The notes beneath the pieces are model-generated. The model was not told the origin of the DNA and ran no database searches. It saw nothing but the letters and a program-made list of their open reading frames with translations. 64,000 nt of DNA, taken from the NCBI GenBank assembly GCA_002269645.1, contig NIVC01003921.1, positions 5,642 to 69,641 of the forward strand. The letters are read 5' to 3'. Positions 53,299 to 64,000 of the stretch are shown piece by piece. Made by a program: the position numbers and the translations under genes. Position 1 is the first letter of the stretch, and every line of letters begins with the position of its first letter. The DNA is from Macrostomum lignano. Its lineage: Eukaryota.

Positions 53299-56200
53299 TC
53301 CGTGCGTTTGGGGCTTGTGGCAGGAAAATTGTGCTCCCTATGAAAAATTGGCCCGAATTTTCGCCCGAAAACATATGAAATTGGGCCCGGAACTTTAAAT
53401 TTGCGGGTGAAAACTAAAAAAGTGGTAGATTCACCCGGAAAGCACGCCGACAAAACGTTTGAAACTAAATCGGGCGAAAAAGCGGGACTTTCGCCCGGAA
53501 AGCGGGGAAAGCAGAAACCCAGACGTGTGGGTCTCTAGCCCGTTTTTTTCTAAAAGCGTGTCCTGAGGGACTTTGACGTGACGATGCAGATTAAAAATGG
53601 GTTTAAATCGATATAGCTGAACGAGTAGGAAGCTAGGTGCCCAGGTTCCAAGATTCAACCGTACATGTATGTTTATTATTTTAAAAAGTACGATTATAGG
53701 AGTTTATATATCGATCACAAATGGTGGGAAATAATGTGTCGAAATCATTTACAATCGCTTACTATAAATACCTGTTTCTGAATAAGCTATTCACAGGCTA
53801 AAATCTATTTTTTATTAAGTATTTGCTGTGCTTTTCACTCTTTCATTGCGCTGACCAATGTGAAAAAAGCTAGGAAACAATTTTGCTTGTTTTTTGTTAC
53901 CCGAAAAAAATTTAAATTTCAGACGCCACGTTTTCAGAACTTCGATATGTGCTAGCTAGTGAAGCGTGTTTTTTTACTTTTTTATTAATTTATCATAATC
54001 TAACAGAAAAAGTTTATTTAACTTCAAAAATAGTCAATGTGAGGTATTTCACTAAATGAGTCAATAGCAAGGACTGACCCCCTGCCCCTGCCCTGGTTCA
54101 GGAATTGGCAGTCACATAGTAAATTATAATTTAATTAAGTCCAGTAATTAGCCTATTTATTTATTACTTAACGTTAGTAAAAATAGAAAATAATTTAGAA
54201 AACTTATCCTAATTAATATTTCACCTATAATAAAGATAAGTATTGTATATGAGCACAGAGAGCTTGCTGAATGGTAAAAAGTTTTAGAACATAAGTAACA
54301 AATCAATTTAAAAAATCATTTATAAAGTTCAAATATAAAACTCTGAGTAGCATTAATATAATTTTTTCTTTTTCAAGTTTGTAGTCTATATAGTACTTTT
54401 TTAAAAGCTATGTACTCACATTATTTTTTAATCTGAATGCTTTTTGTATTTTATTTAATATAATTTTGATAACTTATTATATTCTAAGGGAACCTAAAGC
54501 CTAGAACTGAGCATTTTTCAAGGAAGCTAATAACTTGAAAAAGTTTTGCAATTTAACATATTCCCAGAGATAGCTCGTAAAGGCCCTTTATATCTTATAA
54601 ATAAGCCTTCCTTTTGCTCTTATATGAATTTTTTAGATCTAATAATCTGAATATGTTTTGTAGAATAAACATTTACCATCAGATTTAACATTCCAAGCAC
54701 TGTACTTATACCATTATAATTAAAGAAAAATTATTAATAATCAATTTTGTTGCCTTTTAATTTAGGTTTAGATTTTATTGCTCAATAAACAGAATTTTAG
54801 CATCATCATCATACCATGCTCCTAAGTCATTTATGCTATGTATACATGCCCCTCAGCCAAGTTTTCCTCTGGCCATTAATATCTGATGACCTTGGGACTG
54901 CTAAGCGTCGTCGCCGGGACTATGCCGTCACTACAGGACTGGTGTTAGGCGACATACTCCAGCCCAGGACTGGTGTTAGGCGACATACTCCAGCCCAGGA
55001 CTGGTGTTAGGCGACATACTCCAGCCCAGGACTGGTGTTAGGCGACATACTCCAGCCCAGGACTGGTGTTAGGCGACATACTCCAGCCCAGGACTGGTGT
55101 TAGGCGACATACTCCAGCCCAGGACTGGTGTTAGGCGACATACTCCAGCCCAGGACTGGTGTTAGGCGACATACTCCAGCCCAGGACTGGTGTTAGGCGA
55201 CATACTCCAGCCCAGGACTGGTGTTAGGCGACATACTCCAGCCCAGGACTGGTGTTAGGCGACATACTCCAGCCCAGGACTGGTGTTAGGCGGCATACTC
55301 CAGCCCAGGACTGGTGTTAGGCGACGAAGACCAAACCAGGTGATGTTTTCGTTTTTTTGTATTGTAGTGTTGTTTAAAACGTTATTGACGCTTTTCTGCA
55401 ACTGCGCCCCCTTCTACTCCAGGTGCGCTGCTTTGAGTAGCTGGCTAGCAAGCCAGCCTAACTGGTGCTGCAGCATCTCAGCTGCCAGAATCTGCTGTTA
55501 CGCCACCCAGTACCAGGCTCACGACCAGTGACACCGCTGACATGTTCAATCAAGCGCAGTATCGCATCCTGTCGCTCGCTGAGTTATAAATCTATACTTA
55601 AACTTTGAACTTATGAATTTCTATCGCATTTGCTTTTGTTCTACACTGATTTGTTTTTTTCATTGCTTCGTAATGTGGCTGCGACTGGGAGGGAGGGATC
55701 TCGAAGTCACCTTAATTTGCACCAGACCCCATTACTGATTCGGTTCTTCCTATCCTTCCGAATGTTGCTATTTCCCCCTCACATCGTTTCTCTCCTTTCT
55801 CCATGGTCGCGCTAATACTTTCCCTATCTTAGCTATTTCACATGTGCATTCTGTGTGCACCCCTCTCCTTGCACTCTGTGCCTTAGATCTACCTCTTTTC
55901 AGTCGCAAACGTACTAGTATATTTGGTCATTTCTTAGCTGCAAATGCCCTATAAATACAGTTAGTTATTTCTCCTTTTTATGGTTTTCTTCAGAATTTCT
56001 CTACGTCAAGCCCCTTCATGTTATCTTCTTTACAACTTTGTTTGTTTCTGTTTCGATTCTTTTCTTAACCCTCCTTTGCTTTTATTACTTTAATGCTTTA
56101 ATGCTTTTGCTTACTGAACGTATTGAATGCATTCATTAAATATTTAAATAAACTATCGCGCACACTTTTTCTTATTATGTGGCCAAGCTTAAACATTTCT

Positions 56201-59200
56201 ATCTAGATCTAGATTTCTTATTGAATCCCTCCAGAATTGCCTTATTTTTCTTCTCGATACATGTAGCTCTCTTGGAGGGGGTCATTTAGCTCGTACATGC
56301 AAAATCTTCCTATTCAACTAGATACAAGTTTTATTGCAGTATGAAAAGTGGCAGTCACCGTAAAGTTTATGCCCTCTAAAAACGTACTATAATATCGTGA
56401 CTATCACTAAGACCAAAAGCAGGAAATATGACCAGCTCTTCGGGCCGGATTTGCAAGCAAAATATCGGTTAACTGGCCCGGATTTTTCGGCGCAAAATAA
56501 TTCTGGGTGAATCGCCCGTAAATATTCGGGTATAAATGCGGGTGCATGCACGGGTGCATCGCCCGAAAAACGAACTTTTCGTAACGATTCCGGGCCAGTA
56601 GCCCGGCAAGTTTTTACACCCGCAAAGTGCTGACGATTTCGGGTGAAGAGTAGGGTGAAAATTCAGGTCAATTTTTCATAGGGCTTGAAAGCCAGCCCCC
56701 AAGGCGAAGAGAGTGTACATGTACATGCCTGATGATTAAACCGTCCTGTTGCTGTACACCCTGTGGGCAGAATTGTCTCAGCAGCACTGGGGTTGTAGGA
56801 CGATATTGTCGAAGACGTTAATATATCCTGCAAATATAATATTTTGCCAGTCTAGCAAAGAAGCCTAACATACAATACTTTGACCCTAATAATTCCTTTC
56901 TTAAAGGAGCCCCAGAAGACAAAATGAAGCCACTGCAGTGAACAAAAATGATTTATTATTAGCTAATTAAGCTACTAATAGTAGACAGAAAGAATTAATG
57001 TTCTTTAAAAATACTTTAAAAATACTTGACACTTTGCACCTTAAGCATATGCACAATTTGCTCACCTGAAAGTGCGAACTGCTCACGGACTTGGCAATCT
57101 GTTTGAACAGAGGCCGCATAATTTTCTCAAACTGAGCGGGCTCGATAACATCAAGAATCTCCTCAATTTCTCCTAGGAACATGATCTCCTTGGAGCTCAC
57201 TGTTCTAGGCCAGAATTTGAGCAGTCCGAGCACCACCTGCTCGGTGAGGCTGGAGTCCTTCTCAAGGAACTGCACAACGCAGTAGGCCAGCTGCGCGTGA
57301 AACATTCCCAGGGATTTGGCCTTGTGCAGCGGCATCAGCACCTTCGCTAGGAACTGCTTGTGCTCGGCCTTCAGAGGCAGGGCGAACCCGTTGATGATGC
57401 TGCCCAGAATCTCCAGCAATTCGCCTACGCCATTAAACATTTCAGTCTCGTAGATGAAGCGCAGAAATATGTTATTAATCTGCTTGCGTATGAAAGCTCG
57501 AAGCCCGAGAAATTTGCCATAGATTCGGTGCAGCACCGTCTTGAGGAAGTCGCGCTCGCGCGGATCCTCGCTATCGAAAAGCTCGAGCAGCTGCGGGGCA
57601 TTGATAATTGCAACTACTCACTGATTGCAGTCCGGTCTGGATTCATGGCAACTACTCACTGATTGCAGTCCGGTCTGGATTCATGGCAACTACTCACTGA
57701 TTGCAGTCCGGTCTGGATTCATGGCAACTACTCACTGATTGCAGTCCGGTCTGGATTCATGGCAACTACTCACTGATTGCAGTCCGGTCTGGATTCATGG
57801 CAACTACTCACTGATTGCAGTCCGGTCTGGATTCATGGCAACTACTCACTGATTGCAGGCCGGTCTGGATTCATTGCAACTACTCACTGATTGCAGGCCG
57901 GTCTGGATTCATTGCAACTACTCACTGATTGCAGTCCGGTCTGGATTCATTGCAACTACTCACTGATTGCAGGCCGGTCTGGATTCATTGCAACTACTCA
58001 CTGATTGCAGTCCGGTCTGGATTCATGGCAACTACTCACTGATTGCAGTCCGGTCTGGATTCATTGCAACTACTCACTGATTGCAGGCCGGTCTGCAACC
58101 GGTCTAGACTTATCAAGAATCTATACACTCGAAAGCCTTACCTGCAGAACAAATCTCTGATCAATGTACTTCTTAGCCACGGACGGTTGGAAGTCGGGCG
58201 ATTCCAAAACGCGCAAAAAGAATTCGTACACAAACTGAAAAATTAAAGTTAAAAGCAAAATTTTGTTCAGTTTATCGTTAGAAAGCAGAAATCATTGAAA
58301 ATGGCTCCAGGCAAAGGGACATTTTCTGGTGAATTAAATAGCGATTCCTAATGAAGTGAGGGAGGGCGATTCCTAATGAAGTGAGGGAGGGCGATTCCTA
58401 ATGAAGTGAGGGAGGGCGATTCCTAATGAAGTGAGGGAGGGCGATTCCTAATGAAGTGAGGGAGGGCGATTCCTAATGAAGTGAGGGAGGGCGATTCCTA
58501 ATGAAGTGAGAGAGGGCGATTCCTAATGAAGTGTGAGTAAAAATGATCAGTCGCAATGCCCAATGAGCTTCAAAGCTATGGCAACAGTACCTGCAAGTGC
58601 GGCCAAGAAGCCTCCAAAGTCGGGTCGTCCTCCTCAGGATCAAAATCGACATTATCAGACAGCGGCAAAGTTCGGAATATGTTGCAGGCAATCTGTAATG
58701 TGCGGTGACCCAATGGCCCAGTGTTTGCGAAAACCAACATTGTCACTTGACGCTTTTATCTTCAATAAAAATGAAAGTTTTTAAATGACTTTTTCAAATC
58801 GTTTCCGCAATAAAGGCATCATCTAATGGGGCTTTACGAAACCTCGGATCAAAACGTCGACTCCTACCTGCTGCTGCTATTAGTGAACTGTTTTTTGTGC
58901 CCTACTTGGGCTCCTGTCATGACACATTAAAATTAAACTGTTGGAATCCCGAACTTTGACCCCGGATACCAAATTCGTAAATTTCTGCATTTTTGCAATT
59001 TATATTTCATTTGAAGTATTCATCTTTTTTTAATTTTTTGGATTTTTTGAAGACTTCTATCGATTGCAAAATCTGAGTAAACATGCCTTGTTTTCAGGAG
59101 CCATTCTCATAGATCCTTCGGGACTTTCTCTGGAGCCATTCTCATAGATCCTTCGGGACTTCCTTCTCTGGAGCTATTCTCATAGATCCTTCGGGACTTT

Positions 59201-59831
59201 CTCTGGAGCTATTCTCATAGATCCTTCGGGACTTTCTCTGGAGCTATTCTCATAGATCCCTCGGGTGTTTTTGGGAGCCCTCGTGATTAATAAAAAAGGT
59301 CTCTCAAAAGACATGTTTAATCTTCTAAGTAACCTGTAAACATGGATTATGCAGACTTCTGCAACTTATATCGGTCAGAGCGGCTCAGAGGTGTAAAGTG
59401 CTGGGTAGGTTATTTTGATTTTTAACTTAAACTCACCATCCGAACTATCTCGGGGTAGGTGGCATCCTGCAGCACGCCTCTGGTCACGGTAACAAAGTCT
59501 ACCAGCTCGTTCAAGCAGGTCCGCTTCACCTCCTTGGACTTGAGATCAGACACAGGGTCGGAGAAGATACAACGCAGCACTGCTGCATCTTCTTCACAAA
59601 CAGGTCGAGCTGGTCGCCGGAAGCGGCGTCCTTCAATAGCGGCAGCGGGGTCAGCTCCGTTGGCGCCTTCGGCCTGTAGTGCGAGCTGCCCTGCGAGCGC
59701 TTCTGCTTCTTGGATTTGATTTCATTTTTATTGCGGAACGGGTCAAGCCTGTCGGCCTTGGCTGGGCTGTCCTGGGCTGCCGCCTGGGCCTTTTTGCCAG
59801 AGCCTTCGAAGGCTTTCTTCACTACAGACAT
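52319..59831 (-). CDS. PPP2R5: PP2A regulatory subunit B56/B' (PPP2R5 family; 6 exons, about 471 aa), with an apparent 4-nt deletion in exon 1
   Basis: Exons 59437-59831, 58591-58692, 58142-58234, 57066-57590, 52971-53200, 52319-52385. B56 motifs [70 protein letters not shown]. Frame break at about 59566 where VVFDFSDP is expected. Confidence 0.93.
52390..52695 (-). mobile_element. tRNA-derived CORE-like SINE, copy 2, with (ATT)n tail
   Basis: On the minus strand: GGGTTGCAGCCTAGTGGTCAGAGCG (A box), GGGTTCGATTC (B box), CORE-like centre and ATTATTATT tail; near-identical to 36057-36346. Confidence 0.88.
52684..52870. repeat. Minisatellite, about 24-bp unit AGGCTGCAACCCCCTTGAAATGAG
   Basis: Tandem units whose core equals the SINE 5' end. 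Confidence 0.9.
53248..53295. repeat. (CT)n microsatellite
   Basis: Read directly. Confidence 0.98.
53336..56683. mobile_element. Non-autonomous CMC/EnSpm-like DNA transposon (3.35 kb) in a PPP2R5 intron
   Basis: TIRs CCCTATGAAAAATTGGCCCGAATTTTCGCCC / GGGTGAAAATTCAGGTCAATTTTTCATAGGG; 2-bp TSD CT on both sides; subterminal CCCG-rich repeats; no transposase ORF seen. Confidence 0.75.
54935..55325. repeat. Minisatellite, 32-bp unit CAGGACTGGTGTTAGGCGACATACTCCAGCCC, inside the CMC-like element
   Basis: About 12 near-identical units. Confidence 0.96.
57600..58095. repeat. Minisatellite, 38-bp unit ATTGCAGTCCGGTCTGGATTCATGGCAACTACTCACTG
   Basis: About 13 units filling a PPP2R5 intron. Confidence 0.96.
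58335..58530. repeat. Minisatellite, 25-bp unit GCGATTCCTAATGAAGTGAGGGAGG
   Basis: Tandem units read directly. Confidence 0.95.
59098..59265. repeat. Minisatellite, about 35-bp unit GGAGCCATTCTCATAGATCCTTCGGGACTTTCTCT
   Basis: About 4-5 tandem units. Confidence 0.9.
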
Positions 59832-60109
59832 GATCTAGGCTGCAACATAGCAATATTTAGATTTGAAATTGTAATAGAACGACAATGTGTAATCATTTGT
59901 AAAATTTAACATAGGAGAATTTTAAGTGCTTTATCCATCATACTACTATTGTAGTAGGGCTCAGTAGCCAAAATAATGGTGATAGGAAATTTTTCCTAGT
60001 GATTGGAAAAAAAGGGTTCTAAAAATTATCAAAGCTAAAATAAAAATAAAAATTTCTAACTTGGAACTCAGATACATTAGATTGACAAATACAATATTAA
60101 TAGCAAACA

Positions 60110-61455
60110 CATTTTTCCATTCAATTTCAGCAAGCCAACATTCAATTTCATCATTCTATATTTAGCTACTCGTACTTCAATCGTCATTCAATTTTGGCAA
60201 GCAGCATTAAATTTCGGCAATTGGATATTTTCATTTAAACCCCAGGGTGGCTCAGTCCAGTGTCTATGGTATGTAACGCATTTATTTAATGGCCAGGCCA
60301 GGAAATATTTCACAGCCTGGCCGTGAAATCAGCTAATGCAGAACAGCGCCTGGATGAGCCACACTTTTGCTCAAATATAATAACACCCCCAGATTTGTGT
60401 CCTCCCTTAGCTTCGCCTCGGCCTAGAAACGCATCCTCAGCCATTCTTCACGCCAAAAAAAACAAATCAAGGGGTGTTATCTTATACTTCATAGCCATGG
60501 ATGAAGGAATAGATCTATGTTCATAGCATGGTGAGGGCATTATTTCTGTCTATGGACAGAACTTGCTCCTGCATGCAGATTTCCTATTCGATTTTGGCCA
60601 AAGAATACTGAGCTAATACATAGAATGCCAGTGTCATTCAAAAAGTGAAGCTGAAATCTCGATTCCTTGGGCACTTACTTTTTGACCATAAACAAAATTT
60701 ATTAAGGAAGTCATTTAATAATAAGACGCTTTCTGTTGGAATACAATGACATTAACGTTAAATTTCAGTCAAAAGTTTAAGAAAAGAATAGTCTTGTGCA
60801 AACGCTCAGTATTATTTGCTCAGTATTCTTGGTTGAATGCTGCTTTTGTTTTTCTGTTTATGATAAAAAGTAAGTGCCTGAGGAATCGAGATTTCAGCTT
60901 CACTTTTTGAACAACTGACATGCTCAGTATATATTTAGCTCAGTATTCTTTGATTTTGGCATGTTGCATTCAATTTCAGCATAATATTTTGATGCAATTT
61001 TTAGTGTACTATATCAATCTTAATCAGCCCCCTTTTAAACTGACAACAAATACTGTAGCTATCTGTGATTCAGCTGAAAAATAAATTGGTGACAAATATG
61101 AGGTTGAACACTGAATGCTATATGGACAAGTGTCTGATGGAGACAGAGCCCATCTTCTGAGGCACAAGAGAATGGGCAAGATTATATCCATCTGGTGCAA
61201 CTCATAATGCTGCCTCTGTCTCTGCCTCCATGCCTTATGTTTTAATTGAATGTAGCATGCCAAAATTGAATGGGAAATCTACATGCAGGAGCAAGTTTTG
61301 TCCATAGACAGAAATATCGCCCTCACTATAGTGTGAAATAGAATATCCAATTGCCAAATTGAATGGGTCTCTGCCAAATTTGAATGGTGGTTAAAGTAGC
61401 TAAATATATAATGATGAAATTGAATGTCAGTTTGCTGAAATTGAATGCGAGTTTT
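60110..61455. repeat. Large nested imperfect inverted repeat (foldback-like element)
   Basis: 60115-60232 pairs with 61340-61450, 60533-60600 with 61255-61326, and 60610-60712 with 60848-60950. Confidence 0.75.
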
Positions 61456-64000
61456 GTTAAAATTAGATGAAAAAGGTGTAAGACCCCAGCTAGGGCTGAT
61501 GTGCTCAATATATCAAATGAAAAGAAAAATAAATAAAAATAAAATAAAGCTTAAGAGTGGCCACAAATTTCATCCAACCTGTACTAACTAGAATTCCTTG
61601 GGTGAGTCTTGTTTACTGGGAGATAGAAAGATGGTGAAAGGGTAGCTCACCTGAATGCCAGACACTTGGTGCCAGATATTTGGATACAAGTACTTTGTAG
61701 TACCAAGTTACTTTGGTGCCTAGTTGTACTGTATGCTAGTGTCAATGATTAGTTTAATTTACCTTGATGCTTTTTTATGAGTGACATTGATATGGATATA
61801 TAATAATGCAAATAATATATAAATATATCCTGATTGAAAGTAATTGTCCTTTTAAAAACAGTAAGTGTGCCAGTTGTGCCACAAATACGAGTATACCCTT
61901 TGATAGAGCTATAATTGTCTTTGTATACTTTTTGGCACACTGCACAATTGTACTAGTTGTGCCTTAGCTATGCCATTCGCCATAGTTGTAATTGTCTTTG
62001 TATGTCCTTTTTGGCATACTTGGCATACTTGCTACAATTGTACCAGTTGTGCCATAGCTATGCCATTTAGCACATTTAATAAATGCTTTTGTGTGTCCTT
62101 CTTTTTACCAGTTCTTACTTCTTTTTCAATAAACTGTATTTTGTAAAAGATTTATTGGATATAAGAAAACCATATGTAATATATTATTTTTTGCATAAAG
62201 GTATGTTGTATAAGATGTACACTTTCTAAAAAATATGGCCATTTTAAAATGTCAGTTTTGCACACATAATTTAATGTATCCAGTATATACCCATTGATGG
62301 CAGCTGAATATTTGAATATGTATGCATAGAGTTTGCTCATTGTGTAGTTCAAGACAAGTAGTAGATTTTATATATAATATATAGTAGATATGATTACCAT
62401 ATTTCTATTAATTGGACAACTTTTAAGGTCCTTTTGGGCAAATAATATTTAAATGAAAATATACTGTTATATACAAAAAATGGTTTGTTTTGAAGCATGA
62501 ATTAAAGTTATTGTGTAATTTATATTAATTTAGATTTTGTTGAATAGTTAATGATGATATTATTAGACTACTGGCAGATTCAGTCATATGATACCAAAAT
62601 GAGTAAGAAAGGAATATGCCATTTAGACAAAAGTTTAATACATAAGTAGAATTGCAATGCTGATCAAAGTACAAAATTAATTCAAATAATTTATTAAAAT
62701 AAAAACACAAATAACACATTGCTTTAATATGAAAATAGTAAAAATGCATTAGTAATAATTTAATGTTGTTTTTCATTACTGTGGTATTGATATACTATAT
62801 TGCATTACAAAGTTATGTATATTAGCAGGAATAACAATTGTAACTTAATTAATGAATGTAGTATTACCAACAAATTTTTGGTAAACTTTAATTCATTCTA
62901 ATATTTGACTGCTAGAATATTCAAATGATACCAAAAGGAATAAAAAAGGAATGTGCCATTTAGACAAAAGTTAAACACAGATGAGGAGAATCACAATGCT
63001 GATTGAAGTTATTTTAACTCTTTTAAATTCCTTAATGATGGGATTGTTAATTTTGATTTATTCCTAATTAAATACCTTATTACACATAAATATTCTAGCA
63101 TTAAGTACTAAGTAAGCATGATGAAGTATGCTTGCTGCTATATTAAATATACAGTTTATATGTTGCATTGGCTACCAGCAGGTGCATCTCTGCTGGGCCT
63201 ATTACATTGGATACCACTGTGGCCCATTGAGAGTGTATCAAAAATTAATAACTTGGTGACCAACAAGCATTTGAGGGCTACTATTATGCCATAGCTGGGA
63301 AGGTGGCAGTTTTTGGTGAATTTCCGACGCAAATTGGCCCTTTTTTGGCACACACGGCGCACACGGCGTACAAGGAAAAATTGGAAATGCTTTGGCGGCA
63401 CACATGGCGCATGGCGCTGAAAAATATATAGTTACACTTCGTTATACTTTGCAAAATATATAGTGTCAGGCCTAATTCCATAATTCGTAAATTAAAATTA
63501 CGTAAATTACGTAAATCACGATATAAAATACGTAAATGAAATTCAAATTTTGTCTACCGTAAATTCCTTACAGTAGAATAAATACCTTACCTTACCTTAC
63601 CTTACCTTACCTTAGACTTACCTTATCATGGCGCGCTGCGGCGCACAAAATCTTTTCTTCATGGCGCACGGCGCACAGTGCTCAAAAGCCATCAAAATAG
63701 TTCTGGCGCACACTGTGCCACCTTCCCGACTATGGCTATTATGGAGGTGGCTACAAGTGACAAGTTAAGCAAGGCTAACAATGCTGCAAATATGGCAGCT
63801 TTTGAAGCCAAGCAGGCCAAATGTTGCCTAAATAGCGCCAATGGCCACATAGAAATTGCCTGGTAAATGCATGATGACACACTGACTAAGAGTGCATCTG
63901 AATTGGCCAAGATAGCAGCCATGGTGCTGGAACTCTAGGCCTCTAGCCATTACCATAAAGTAAGAGAAAACACAGAGAAACACTGTTACACAGAGAAACA

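Overview
Eukaryotic (invertebrate animal) genomic DNA with spliceosomal introns; the many intronic minisatellites resemble a free-living flatworm such as Macrostomum (inference only). By hand I reconstructed: (1) a head-to-head pair of full-length type IV collagen genes, an alpha1-like chain (minus, 628-11116, 15 exons, about 1776 aa) and an alpha2-like chain (plus, 12225-28292, 23 exons, about 1751 aa), with ATGs about 1.1 kb apart; (2) a TFCP2/LSF (CP2/Grainyhead family) transcription factor (minus, 32396-36974); (3) a small 3-exon gene absent from the ORF track (plus, 45639-46553); (4) mitochondrial ribosomal protein S5 (minus, 47907-50018); (5) a PP2A B56 regulatory subunit (minus, 52319-59831). 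Between and inside these lie about 25 minisatellites, two tRNA-derived CORE-type SINEs, MITEs, a CMC/EnSpm-like element, a decayed LINE, a foldback and CpG-depleted blocks. The strongest lead is the collagen IV pair. Both NC1 domains keep the Met93-equivalent but appear to lack the Lys211 partner of the sulfilimine crosslink and have altered chloride-site motifs. Both helices are Pro-poor and KGD/KGE-rich, with about 17-18 N-glycosylation sequons each. Several small deletions break reading frames and may be assembly errors. All alignments are by eye; no searches were run.
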